Below are positions 34,508 to 44,225 of a stretch of 64,000 bases of DNA, piece after piece. The position numbers were made by a program, and so were the translations under genes. The DNA lies in IMG/VR virus record IMGVR_UViG_2706795941_000001, positions 1-64,000 of that record; one strand, written 5' to 3'. The DNA comes from a virus. Its lineage: Duplodnaviria > Caudoviricetes. The first letter of the stretch is position 1. Each line of letters starts with the position of its first letter. The notes below the pieces were generated by a model. The model searched no databases. It was given only the letters and a program-made list of their open reading frames with translations, and was not told where the DNA came from.

Positions 34508-36762
34508 TGGCGAACACTCCACCGCTCCATATCCAGCGCGCATTCCTCCAGCCCGTCGTCCGAGTCAACCGCCGCCTCGAGATCTACGAGCAGGACGGCA
34601 AGACGCCCTGGCGACGAGACCTATGGACCTCCCTCCTGGTCGGAGGCTCCGTGTCAGTGGACTACGAGCGAGACGAACGCAGGTCTATCGACCTGGAGCT
34701 TGACAACTCCTATGGTGACCTGAACCCCGAGGCCGGCGGTCTGTGGTACGACAAGGTTTTCAAGCTGTACTACGGCATCGACATCGGAGCAACCGAGCGT
34801 GGGGTCCGGGTCGCAATCGTCGAGCAGTACCAGTCTGATGGTCAGGCGTTCGCGCTCAAGCAGGCACTGTCTCGCGGCGGGGTCACCGAGGTTCACTACC
34901 TGCCCTCGGCCAGCACGTACGAGCAGATTCAGGAGTACGACGTACTCGTTTCCATCTCCGGTACGTCTACCCAGAAGGCAGCCTTCCTGACTCAGTGCTA
35001 CAACCGAGGCAAATCAGTCATCACATTCACGATGGATCAGACCGCCGCTTCACTTCCGTTGGTCGTCGGGAACGCGGGCGGCGCGCCGGTCATTGACGGG
35101 GCCACGCGCCGCTATGCTGCGGTTGCGGGGGCATCCGACCTATCCGTCGGGTGGGACGAATGGAGTACGAGGGAGTTCCCTCAATCGCAGAACTTGGTGA
35201 CGTGGGGCGGCCAGGGATTTGAGGACTTTGCATTGGGTCCGGTGGGCTCGCCATCGGTCTCGGCGACTATTGTCCAGGTTCCCGACGGCCCGGCTGGTGT
35301 ACCCACCAAGGTGTACCAGGTCCCCAGCAATGGGTCGTATCGAGCAAGTACACAGCTGTTCAATGCCTCGGTTGTCGCCGGTGATACCTACTACTTCGAG
35401 GTGTGGGTACGCAAGATCACGCCAGGGGTGACGGGTGGAGTGTCCTTTGTGAGGCGCACCTCCACCGACGGAGCGAGCATTCTGTATTCGGCCATGCAGC
35501 TCACACTGGCGAATATGGTTCAGAATCAGTGGTACCTGATGAGCGGCACCATGGCGATTCAGGCCGGTCGCAATACCCTGAACCCTTACATTCAGGTGGA
35601 CAACAGTGTGCCCGCTGGAGACATCATTCAGTGGGAAGAGGCTTACGTCAAAAAGGTTCTGCCCCAAGACTACTACCGCAAGGTACTCGCACCGGCGACC
35701 GGGGCGCAGACCATCGCAGCCATCAACGATACTCAAGGAGAGTCGGTTGGAGCAATCGCACGAGACGACGGAGACCGACGCTGGGTCCACGTCGTCCAAT
35801 CAAACTTTGAAGAAGATAACTTCGTCGATCCAGAGGACTATGACTCGTTTGCGGGATTCGTTTCGCGAGCTGTTCAATGGTCTTCGACATACGATTCAGC
35901 AGATACATGGGAAATGCAGATCGGTGAGTATCTCGCGGATGCCATCTCCGATGGAGGTTCCTACTCTACGATACGCATTACAGGCCGCGACCTCACCAAG
36001 CTGGCCATCAACTCAAAGCTGGCATCCTCGACAACCTTCTCCAAGAGCACTTCCATCGAGGCGATTGTAAAGGCACTCGCCTCGAACGCTGGCATCACCA
36101 AGCACAAGATACCCGTGACCAAGAAGGTGCTCGACAAGGACACCACCTGGGAGCGCGGAACGTCTCGGTGGGAGATCATCAAGGAAGTCTGCAACACCAA
36201 CAACCACGAGGTCTTCATGGATCACGAGGGGTACTTGGTGGTGCGGGAGTACCTCGATCCCCTTCTCTCGCCGACGAGTCTGTCGCTGTCCGGCGGCGTC
36301 GGGGGTAACCTCATATCGCGCGGTGCCCGGACATCTGACTCCAAGCTGATCAATCACATCGTGGTGGTCGGCGAGAGCTCGGACTCCAATGTACCACCTT
36401 CGTACGCCGAGGCGATCAACAACGACCCAAAGTCTCCGACGAGTATCCAGGAGCTAGGCGACAGGGTCGAGGTTATCACCTCGGCGCTGGTCACCACAGT
36501 ATCAAAGGCGCAGGAGCTAGCAAACTCGTTGCTCGCGGTGTCGGCACTCGAGGAGTTCGAGCTGTCCTTCGAGTCCACCCTCCTCCCCTGGGTGGAGCCC
36601 GGTGAGATCATTGACATGTCAAAGTCTGATAGCAGGTACTGGGGACCAGATAGGTACCTGCTCACAAGCCTCACGCTACCGCTGGACCTGAGTCCGATGA
36701 GCGGCAATGGAAAGCGAATCGAAAAGGTGGGGGTGAATGATGAGCCAGAGACAGCTGAGTGA
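34507..36762 (+). CDS. Minor tail / baseplate hub protein with inserted carbohydrate-binding module
   Basis: Hub-like N- and C-termini. Central jelly-roll segment GDTYYFEVWVR...NQWYLMSGT. Confidence 0.75.
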   Translation: MANTPPLHIQRAFLQPVVRVNRRLEIYEQDGKTPWRRDLWTSLLVGGSVSVDYERDERRSIDLELDNSYGDLNPEAGGLWYDKVFKLYYGIDIGATERGVRVAIVEQYQSDGQAFALKQALSRGGVTEVHYLPSASTYEQIQEYDVLVSISGTSTQKAAFLTQCYNRGKSVITFTMDQTAASLPLVVGNAGGAPVIDGATRRYAAVAGASDLSVGWDEWSTREFPQSQNLVTWGGQGFEDFALGPVGSPSVSATIVQVPDGPAGVPTKVYQVPSNGSYRASTQLFNASVVAGDTYYFEVWVRKITPGVTGGVSFVRRTSTDGASILYSAMQLTLANMVQNQWYLMSGTMAIQAGRNTLNPYIQVDNSVPAGDIIQWEEAYVKKVLPQDYYRKVLAPATGAQTIAAINDTQGESVGAIARDDGDRRWVHVVQSNFEEDNFVDPEDYDSFAGFVSRAVQWSSTYDSADTWEMQIGEYLADAISDGGSYSTIRITGRDLTKLAINSKLASSTTFSKSTSIEAIVKALASNAGITKHKIPVTKKVLDKDTTWERGTSRWEIIKEVCNTNNHEVFMDHEGYLVVREYLDPLLSPTSLSLSGGVGGNLISRGARTSDSKLINHIVVVGESSDSNVPPSYAEAINNDPKSPTSIQELGDRVEVITSALVTTVSKAQELANSLLAVSALEEFELSFESTLLPWVEPGEIIDMSKSDSRYWGPDRYLLTSLTLPLDLSPMSGNGKRIEKVGVNDEPETAE

Positions 36763-38725
36763 GTACGCGGTAACAGCTGCAGTCCGGGACGTCATCAAGA
36801 CCATAGCGCGGAACGAGATTCAGAAGGCTCGTCCGGCCAGTCGGTTGGCGGCTGTCCAGTCGATTGATCCTGTCGATCGTTCTGCGCAGGTCATCTTCGT
36901 TGGCGAGACCGAGCCGGTGCGGGTACCTTACACCAGCAAGGCTCCTGCGTTCACTGGACAGTTCGTGCGTATCGGTGGCACGACTCATGATCGCTACATC
37001 GAAGACGTCATCGGTCAGGACTTCACTTCACTGGAGCTGGAGAAAACCAAGGAGTCCGTCGGCAAGCTGATGGAAGCTGCTTACGGCGAGGGCTGGTTCG
37101 AGGCCGACCCCGAAGAACTCGGCATCACCATCGGTGAGTACCTGACTTCGCTCGACAACCAGGGCGCTGTCGATGCTCTGGCACAAACGGTTGAGCAGGT
37201 CGAGACTACAGCCAACAACGCCAGCACTGCCGCTGGTCAAGCGCAGACCACGGCGAACAACGCCAGCACTGCTGCTGGTCAGGCTAGCTCGGATGCCAGC
37301 ACTGCACTCGGCAAGGCTAACGACGCCGAGGCTGCAGCTGGTGCTGCGTCTAGCCAGGCTGGTGCGGCGAGCAGTCTCGCAGAGGCGGTCCAGACTGTTA
37401 CCCAGCAGATCGCTAACAACATCAACGCCCTGGGCGAGGGTGTTGCCGAGGGCGTTGCCGATGTGGCGGACATCTTTGCGACCATTGGCAACATCTTTGG
37501 TACTGCTATCAACGCCGAGTCGAAAGCCATTGAGACCCAGACGAAGCTACAGGAGCTGATAGGCTCAAACGAGGCGGGAGCTTCGGGTGGCAAGTCTGGC
37601 AGTGATGATTTCGAGCGACCGAACTCCACAACGCTTGGTCCGAACTGGGTTACGCAGACGATGGCGGGTGACCTCACTCTGCAGATTGAGGATGGCAACG
37701 TTCGACTGCTCGGTGGTTCTGACACTACACTTGCGTATGCAAGGTGGGTCGGCTCGAACGATGTCATCAGTGATTACGTTCAGACCACTATGGTTGTCGG
37801 CGGCGGCTGGGGCGCTGCTGGTACCATGTATGATTATATCTTTGCTCGCTGGGATGGCTTGTTCTCGGGCAGCGGAGAGAACACCACGCCACTCAACTGC
37901 TGGGCAGCGCGACTAGAGAAGAGTGGTGTTGTTACACTAATCCGAGTTGTCAACGGGTCGATGGTTGAGTTCGGTTCTCATGACATCGGCAGCACTGCTA
38001 TCGGCGATGTCATGAGTCTTCGGTGTGGCTCCTACACTCACAGTCGTCAGATCACTGTTGTCTACAACGGCGAGCCGATCATCTCCTACACAGACCTCAC
38101 CGAGGTCTCGATGATGGGTCCAGCGTACCGCAAGCATGGGTTCTCGATGTTCGCGTCCAACGTCTTTGGCGTTCAGCGCCCGGCCAGGATTGCGAGCTAC
38201 TCGTTCTCTGACATCCCCGGCGGTGGCATTATCCTGGGCAAGGGGTTTAAGTACTACAGAACTAACACGAACACAGTCACCACCCCAGCTGCATCGCTGC
38301 TTCCCACCTCAGTCTTTGACTCGATGATTATGTCTCCCGCCATCGAGCCACCAGGGGGAAGCTATGCCTGGGGTCAGGGGGAGTTCATCATTCCAATCGA
38401 AGGCTGGTGGGAGTTCACCTTCACGTTCGGAGGAACAACTCCTTCTATCGCCGCCAACGGCGCACTGGACGTAGAGCCGAGGCTTTACTATGGCCAGGGG
38501 ACGCTCAATCAGTTCATTGAGATGGAGAATCAGCGAATACCAAGAGGGGCAACTAGCTCTGGTTCAGTAACGACTGGACCTCTCGTGTCCAGCATTCGCA
38601 GGTACTGTATCGTTGGCGAGCGTGTAGCCCCAGGCAACGGACCTTCGGGTAATCACATGGCAAACCTTACTGGCGCTGCGGATGGCAACCGCACTGCCTT
38701 CTCGGGCATTTTGCTTTCACCATAA
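36737..38725 (+). CDS. Minor tail protein (tail tip / receptor-binding candidate)
   Basis: Ala-rich coiled repeats, SDDFERPN..LG.NW lectin-like segment, beta-rich C-terminus. Confidence 0.75.
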   Translation: MMSQRQLSEYAVTAAVRDVIKTIARNEIQKARPASRLAAVQSIDPVDRSAQVIFVGETEPVRVPYTSKAPAFTGQFVRIGGTTHDRYIEDVIGQDFTSLELEKTKESVGKLMEAAYGEGWFEADPEELGITIGEYLTSLDNQGAVDALAQTVEQVETTANNASTAAGQAQTTANNASTAAGQASSDASTALGKANDAEAAAGAASSQAGAASSLAEAVQTVTQQIANNINALGEGVAEGVADVADIFATIGNIFGTAINAESKAIETQTKLQELIGSNEAGASGGKSGSDDFERPNSTTLGPNWVTQTMAGDLTLQIEDGNVRLLGGSDTTLAYARWVGSNDVISDYVQTTMVVGGGWGAAGTMYDYIFARWDGLFSGSGENTTPLNCWAARLEKSGVVTLIRVVNGSMVEFGSHDIGSTAIGDVMSLRCGSYTHSRQITVVYNGEPIISYTDLTEVSMMGPAYRKHGFSMFASNVFGVQRPARIASYSFSDIPGGGIILGKGFKYYRTNTNTVTTPAASLLPTSVFDSMIMSPAIEPPGGSYAWGQGEFIIPIEGWWEFTFTFGGTTPSIAANGALDVEPRLYYGQGTLNQFIEMENQRIPRGATSSGSVTTGPLVSSIRRYCIVGERVAPGNGPSGNHMANLTGAADGNRTAFSGILLSP

Positions 38726-38738
38726 TAGGAGGTAGCTG

Positions 38739-38969
38739 ATGGTACACCAGGAACAGAAGACGATTACATTTGATTGTCGTCCAGGATACACATTCCGGCT
38801 GACGCTGGGCCACCCGGACTTTGGCGAGAACTGGATCTCGATGGAATGCCTGGACGAGAACTTCAATGTCGTCCCTGGAGTTAATGGTGGATTCCGAGGC
38901 CCTGGCGTTCACCAGCCCCAACCTGCTGGGTTGACGCCCGAGCCAGAACCAGAGCAGAACGAAGCTTGA
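38739..38969 (+). CDS. Hypothetical protein
   Basis: AGGAGG RBS. Confidence 0.65.
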   Translation: MVHQEQKTITFDCRPGYTFRLTLGHPDFGENWISMECLDENFNVVPGVNGGFRGPGVHQPQPAGLTPEPEPEQNEA

Positions 38970-38994
38970 CTACACCCGTAGTCGAGCGTATCAT
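38966..38994 (+). promoter_or_regulatory. SigA-type promoter for the lysis cassette
   Basis: TTGACT-17-TATCAT. Confidence 0.7.
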
Positions 38995-39017
38995 CGCACG
39001 CTAGTAGGAGGTAACAC

Positions 39018-39470
39018 ATGAGCATCTCGCCTCAGGGTTCGGGAACGGACCTGGTCATCCGACCGAACATCTTCAACGTGAGGTCGTTCAACGACTTCAT
39101 CGCCATGCTCTACGCGATCTTGCCGGCCCTGACCCCGATCCTGCTGAGCTACGGCGTCCTCAGTGACGACGAGGTTGCACTATGGATCGGCCTCGGCACT
39201 AACGTGTGCCAGCTGATCCTGCAGTTCGTGCGCACCGAGTACTTCGCAAGGCGCATCATCTACACCATCTTGAACCTCGCCGTCTCCGTGCTCGTCGTGT
39301 ACCGCGGGCTCGACCCCAACTTCCTCGACCAGTGGCTGCCGTTGCTCGTCCTGATCCTCGGCGCACCCCCGGCTGCGGTTGCAGTACAGAACGTCAACAC
39401 GTCCGGAGACAACGTCGTGCCGATCAATCGCGGTCTACCGCCGGAAGGTGGAGCTCGACACGCGGCCTAG
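39018..39470 (+). CDS. Holin (multi-TM)
   Basis: About four hydrophobic segments. First gene of the lysis cassette. Confidence 0.65.
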   Translation: MSISPQGSGTDLVIRPNIFNVRSFNDFIAMLYAILPALTPILLSYGVLSDDEVALWIGLGTNVCQLILQFVRTEYFARRIIYTILNLAVSVLVVYRGLDPNFLDQWLPLLVLILGAPPAAVAVQNVNTSGDNVVPINRGLPPEGGARHAA

Positions 39471-39476
39471 TACATG

Positions 39477-39515
39477 CCCCCTCGCCCGTGCTGATTCCCC
39501 CACCGGGCGAGGGGG
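39477..39515 (+). terminator. GC-rich hairpin after holin
   Basis: CCCCCTCGCCCG / CGGGCGAGGGGG. No U-tract. Confidence 0.5.
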
Positions 39516-39534
39516 CTCCCCCTCAGGAGGCATC

Positions 39535-39861
39535 ATGGCTATCAGGTACTACCGGAACTGCTACAAGCCGGATTCCTACCCCGAGACCGAAGAGCATGTA
39601 CGGTCTCACATCGCTTCAATCGCAAGTCCGACCGATGATCCTACCGAGTTCCACGACGAAGTGCAGATCGAAGTCTCGCCCAACGAGGACGGATCGGTTC
39701 GCATCTTCGGTGTGCTCGATCGAGAGCCGGCCTGTGACTACAGCTTGCCCGACGATTACGAGTCCCCCTCCGAGTCGGAGTACCAGCAGGGCTTCGGTGT
39801 TCGGGAGATGACACCCGCTCAACTTCACGAACACCTCATGCAGAAGGAGGTCTTCGAGTGA
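39535..39861 (+). CDS. Acidic hypothetical protein within the lysis cassette
   Basis: AGGAGG RBS before ATG 39535. GTGA overlap with the amidase gene. Confidence 0.7.
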   Translation: MAIRYYRNCYKPDSYPETEEHVRSHIASIASPTDDPTEFHDEVQIEVSPNEDGSVRIFGVLDREPACDYSLPDDYESPSESEYQQGFGVREMTPAQLHEHLMQKEVFE

Positions 39862-40499
39862 GCGTCGCTATCATCGGAGCCATCGCTCGAGAGAACGTTC
39901 GCCTCGGCGGCAAGTCCGTCTACACCCGAGGCTGGGAGACGCGCGGCAACGGGCAGCGCTCGAACTACGGCGGCATCCTGCTGCACCACACGGCGGGTGG
40001 AAGAAACGTCAACATCGACCAGATCTTGATCAATGGTCGGTGGGACCTCGCCGGCCCGCTGTGCAACTTCTGTATCATGTACGATGGAGACATCGGCGTG
40101 ATCGCAGCACACCCGGCGAACCATGCAGGCGCTTCGGGTGGATGGGACACCAGCCCCTTCGCTCGTACGGGACTGTTCAACAGTCAAATCATCGGTGTCG
40201 AGATCCAATACCCAGGCACCGAGCCCATGTCGGCAGTACAGTACGAAGCTGCCAAGCGCCTGACAAACGCGACTCTGAATGTACTCGGCAAGCCTCGCGA
40301 CTACCGCTGGGCCAAGTTTCATCAGGGCACCAGCATCGAGGGCAAGTGGGATCCTGGCTACCACCCCTCCGGCAAGACCTACAGCATCGCACAGTTCCGT
40401 AAGGACTGCGCTGGTATGCCTGCCGCAGCTGCCGAGAACCCCGACTCCCCGACCTGGCAGGACAACAGGTTCCAGCTGCTCGGCCCGAAGGCGGCGTGA
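39858..40499 (+). CDS. Lysin A, N-acetylmuramoyl-L-alanine amidase domain
   Basis: LLHHTAG, GVEIQ and H....KWDPG Zn-amidase motifs. Confidence 0.88.
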   Translation: MSVAIIGAIARENVRLGGKSVYTRGWETRGNGQRSNYGGILLHHTAGGRNVNIDQILINGRWDLAGPLCNFCIMYDGDIGVIAAHPANHAGASGGWDTSPFARTGLFNSQIIGVEIQYPGTEPMSAVQYEAAKRLTNATLNVLGKPRDYRWAKFHQGTSIEGKWDPGYHPSGKTYSIAQFRKDCAGMPAAAAENPDSPTWQDNRFQLLGPKAA

Positions 40500-41359
40500 T
40501 GGTTACTCGCTACCACCCCATGAAGAAGGGGTACATCATCACCAGCCCTTTCGGGTGGCGCGACTTCGACAAGGCCGTACATCAGGGCATCGACTTCGGT
40601 CACCCCGACGGCTCGGGTGGCATGCCAGTGTTCGCCGTCCAGGCGGGCACGGTCATCATGGCTGGTACCGCTCAGGGGTACGGTGGGCCTGATCCGCACG
40701 GCTGGCTCGTTATTGACTCGGACGACAGTCAAGGGTCGGGCGTGTTCGAGTACGGACACATCACTCGACTGCCTTCGATCACGGTCGGCACCAAGGTCAA
40801 GGCTGGTCAGCGTATCGCCACGATCAACCCGAACCGCTCGACCAATGGTGGCACTGCGCCTCACGTGCATATCAGCTACATGCCTTACGAGTACAACCCG
40901 AACAAGAAACAGAACTGGTCTGGGCTACTCAAGAACGCCTATCACCAGGGCGAGGCGCCGCCGCCTCCAGTCAATGCACCGGCACCAACCCCATCGAAGG
41001 AGACTCCAGTGGCAGCAGCAGACGACGTGAAGCTCCAGCTTCGCGGACCCAAGGACAACGGCTGGCCCCAGCTCGCAGCACAGCCCGACGACGATGGCGT
41101 GCGCTTTTCGCCAGCCCACAATGGTCACCGCGACGCTCTGTCGCTCGTCGATGGTCTCGCGGTTGTAGTCAAGGAAGTCACCCTCCGTCTGCCGCGCGCA
41201 ACGCGGGGCGTCCGGGACTACCTCTCCCGCAAGGGCGACACAGTCGCTGGCAATGCTGCCAATGCAGCGGCTATCGCGTACGAGAACAACGTGATGCTCA
41301 AGGCCTTGTGTCGCAAGGAGGGCATCGCACTCGAGAGCTTGACCGACCTGGAGCGATAG
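40496..41359 (+). CDS. Lysin A, M23 peptidase domain plus C-terminal domain
   Basis: HQGIDFG, YGH and PHVH motifs. Confidence 0.88.
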   Translation: MMVTRYHPMKKGYIITSPFGWRDFDKAVHQGIDFGHPDGSGGMPVFAVQAGTVIMAGTAQGYGGPDPHGWLVIDSDDSQGSGVFEYGHITRLPSITVGTKVKAGQRIATINPNRSTNGGTAPHVHISYMPYEYNPNKKQNWSGLLKNAYHQGEAPPPPVNAPAPTPSKETPVAAADDVKLQLRGPKDNGWPQLAAQPDDDGVRFSPAHNGHRDALSLVDGLAVVVKEVTLRLPRATRGVRDYLSRKGDTVAGNAANAAAIAYENNVMLKALCRKEGIALESLTDLER

Positions 41360-41361
41360 TC

Positions 41362-41814
41362 ATGAGGTCCCGGCTACAGCACAAGCTGCACGCGGATGAC
41401 ATCACCAACAGGGACACTGTTCAAGACCTGACGGGACTGTTCGGGATTCTTGCAACAGCTTCGGGGTTGTCCCTGGTTATCCAGGGTGAGGCCATCTGGG
41501 CACTCGGTGTCTACGATACGGCCAAGACGTTGCCCCAGTCGCCCGAGTCCTGGGGACTGATCGCCATTCTTGCCGGCATACTCATGTTCATTGGCATGTA
41601 CTGGGGCAAACACAAAGTGATGAAGGCGGGAGCTTGCATCGCAGGACTGTGGAACTTCTTCTTCGCACTCAGCTTTTGTGATGAAGCCTACAAAGGCAAC
41701 ATTGCTTGGCAGCCTGTGATCCTCTATTTCATAACGGCACTCGTGTATGCGGTGCTGTTCTACACCTACAAGGGGTCCAATGCCGTACAGCGAGCTGAGA
41801 CACGACAGTCGTAA
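41362..41814 (+). CDS. Membrane protein (lysis cassette)
   Basis: About four TM segments. Confidence 0.75.
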   Translation: MRSRLQHKLHADDITNRDTVQDLTGLFGILATASGLSLVIQGEAIWALGVYDTAKTLPQSPESWGLIAILAGILMFIGMYWGKHKVMKAGACIAGLWNFFFALSFCDEAYKGNIAWQPVILYFITALVYAVLFYTYKGSNAVQRAETRQS

Positions 41815-42256
41815 CCCATTCCAGTGGGCCGTGATCGCGGGCATCTGGGCCTATAGCATAGTCCAGATTCTTACCGACACATGGCCTGGGCAGATCGAAG
41901 AAAATACGAACCAGTTGTTCAGGTGGATGTGGGGAGGCACTCTCACCCTGGGCGCGACACTGGCTCTCGTTGGCATGTCGTACTCGATCGTACTGAGTCA
42001 GCGCAAGATGGGCAACAAGACACCCAAGGGCCTCCCACTCGAGGCCGGTGGTCTGTATTGGTTCGGGCTTTGTCTCGGCATCTATGCCGGAACACTTTAC
42101 TTGAACGGCAAGGCAAGTGCCATCCTCGCTGCCATTATGTTCTCCGTGGCGGCGGTGGCGGCAATCATCAGGGGGGTTTGGATACAGAGAGGCTTGCGTC
42201 GAGTGGGGCGCGGCGAGCCAGCATCTGGGAAAATGCCAGTGCTACCCCGAGAGTAG
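41780..42256 (+). CDS. Membrane protein (lysis cassette)
   Basis: About four TM segments. Confidence 0.75.
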   Translation: MPYSELRHDSRNPFQWAVIAGIWAYSIVQILTDTWPGQIEENTNQLFRWMWGGTLTLGATLALVGMSYSIVLSQRKMGNKTPKGLPLEAGGLYWFGLCLGIYAGTLYLNGKASAILAAIMFSVAAVAAIIRGVWIQRGLRRVGRGEPASGKMPVLPRE

Positions 42257-42265
42257 GATACCGCC

Positions 42266-42661
42266 GTGGAGTTCAACCTGGAGTTCTGGGTTCAGACTGC
42301 TATCACACTTGCGCTTGGCACCGGCGGAGTCAGCGTTTTCACTGTATGGAGAGACGGACGCAAGGCGGAAGCCGAGACCAAAAAGACCAACTCGGAAGCG
42401 ACCGGCACCGACGCCAATACCGCACTCACCAACCAGCAGTGGATGGGCGAGGAGATCAAACGACTGAATGAGGCCCGCGAGGAAGAGGGGCGCATCTCCC
42501 TCGTACGCAAGCGGGCTGGTGCGAAGATGTACCGCTACATGCAGAGTCACGAAACATGGGACCAGCAAGTGATCAATGAGCTTGCGAAGGTCGGAGTAAC
42601 AATACCCCGACCTCCGCATCTTGAGTTGTCACAAGAGGAATTGGACGCCCTAGAAGTTTAA
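42266..42661 (+). CDS. Single-TM coiled-coil protein (lysis cassette)
   Basis: N-terminal TM followed by a coiled coil. Confidence 0.75.
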   Translation: MEFNLEFWVQTAITLALGTGGVSVFTVWRDGRKAEAETKKTNSEATGTDANTALTNQQWMGEEIKRLNEAREEEGRISLVRKRAGAKMYRYMQSHETWDQQVINELAKVGVTIPRPPHLELSQEELDALEV

Positions 42662-42808
42662 CGGCGGCCCCTGCTGCGGGCTGGGGAGGACACTCGTCGA
42701 TGTCCAGACGTGGTGCTCGCCCTCTGGACACGGGTACCCCGAGTCCTCCCCACCCCGTAGACAGTCACAATTCTTGCAGTATTCGATGCGCGGCTGGTTC
42801 TTCTTCAC
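42650..42808 (-). CDS. 52-aa Cys-rich microprotein (not in ORF track)
   Basis: GTGA overlap with the upstream stop. MKKNQPRIEYCKNCDC...CPEGEHH. Confidence 0.5.
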   Translation of the reverse strand: MKKNQPRIEYCKNCDCLRGGEDSGYPCPEGEHHVWTSTSVLPSPQQGPPLNF

Positions 42809-44010
42809 GTGCCCACCTTCTTCTCCTTGATGATTCGAGCGGTCACCTTTGGCCGCGGCTCACTGACCTTCGTATTGGTGCATCCCCGTAGCAGCGACTT
42901 CTGAATGGAGTCCAAGTCGGACCCCTTCAGCATCTTCTCGATGTTGGCCTTGGTGCACTTGCCGCCGATCGAATTGAAGAGCTCCTCGCCGATGATGCCC
43001 TTCACCTGGACGGGGTCGTAGCTGGATCGAGTCTGTGAGATCATCTCGACATGGAAGTCTTCCGTGTCGTAGCTGATCTCGTCGGTCTCCATCGCGTCCG
43101 CGATCATGAGGTTGTCGATCTCTTCGAGCGCGTACTTGAGCTGCTTCATACCCGACTCGAGTTCGAGCCGTTTCTGTGCCAGCAGGTTGCGATCTCCTGC
43201 TAGATACATGAGCCCGCCACCGTCGGCGTTGCGTTGCCATGCAGTACAGGTGGCCTTGATTGGGCAGAACATGCAGCCCTTGCCGAGCTGTCGCTGCCCC
43301 TTGCCGGTGGTAGCGAGTATGCGCTCGGCAGTGTCCTTGACGTAGCGCCAGGTGATGACGTTATCGTCCCTGGAGAAGTGAACCTCGACCGGACCGTAGC
43401 GGAGCAGGTAGAACTGCACCCAGATTTCATCGGGGTCGAGGTCTTTGTACTCTGCCTGCGCAGCCATACCGTACATGCGAGCCTGGACTCGCTGCATCAG
43501 CTGCTCGGGAGAGATGGGTTCTCGCACGGTCTTGTAATCGACCACGCGAATAATGACCTTGCCGTCCTCCTTGATTAGATCAACCCGGTCGAAGATGAAG
43601 TTCATCCTCTTTGGTCCGTCGGAGGTCTTGATCATCATGTGCATCTTCTCTTCAACCTGCATGACTTCCACGCTGGGGTCGAGGAGTTCTCCGATTCGAT
43701 CGTGCCAACGCTGAAGCATATCCTTGCCGTCGGCATACAGCGGATTCGACATCGAGGGCATCTCGCGAAGATGCTTTACGAAGGCTACATCAAAGAGTGC
43801 GAACAACCTGTCCTCATTGACCTCGTGGGTCTTGTCGATGAACACCTCTTTGACATAGAGTTCGAGTGGCTCGTGAACGGCGCTGCCCAGTAGCGCGGGC
43901 TTGGATGAGCTACCCACCCTGGGCAAACGCTCGACATACTCGGCGTGCCAGCCGCGAGGGCACTCCTCGAACTTGGTCAGCGAGGACGCCGAGATGGTCT
44001 TCAGTTCCAC
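42805..44010 (-). CDS. Cas4/RecB-like PD-(D/E)XK exonuclease
   Basis: SASSL..FEECP, GSAVH, DRVD...VDYKT, Q..MY and CMFCP...C motifs. Confidence 0.88.
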   Translation of the reverse strand: MELKTISASSLTKFEECPRGWHAEYVERLPRVGSSSKPALLGSAVHEPLELYVKEVFIDKTHEVNEDRLFALFDVAFVKHLREMPSMSNPLYADGKDMLQRWHDRIGELLDPSVEVMQVEEKMHMMIKTSDGPKRMNFIFDRVDLIKEDGKVIIRVVDYKTVREPISPEQLMQRVQARMYGMAAQAEYKDLDPDEIWVQFYLLRYGPVEVHFSRDDNVITWRYVKDTAERILATTGKGQRQLGKGCMFCPIKATCTAWQRNADGGGLMYLAGDRNLLAQKRLELESGMKQLKYALEEIDNLMIADAMETDEISYDTEDFHVEMISQTRSSYDPVQVKGIIGEELFNSIGGKCTKANIEKMLKGSDLDSIQKSLLRGCTNTKVSEPRPKVTARIIKEKKVGT

Positions 44011-44013
44011 GTG

Positions 44014-44214
44014 TCACTCTCCCTTCTTCCTGCGGTTGGATCGCCCGCCCCAGATTCCATCTGTTGAGCCGGTGACCTTCTTGTGATTCCAGCACTGCTC
44101 CGTTACCGGGCAGGTGGAGCAAACCTTCTTCGCGCGTTGCGCTCGTGCTGTCTGGCCTGGCCCAGGGAAGAATGCATCGGGGTCTGGATAGTCGATACAG
44201 TTCGCCTGAGCCAC
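44014..44214 (-). CDS. whiB: WhiB family transcription factor
   Basis: C...FFP...AKKVC..CPV..C...GIWGG plus a basic tail. Confidence 0.92.
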   Translation of the reverse strand: MAQANCIDYPDPDAFFPGPGQTARAQRAKKVCSTCPVTEQCWNHKKVTGSTDGIWGGRSNRRKKGE

Positions 44215-44225
44215 CCAGGAGAGGT

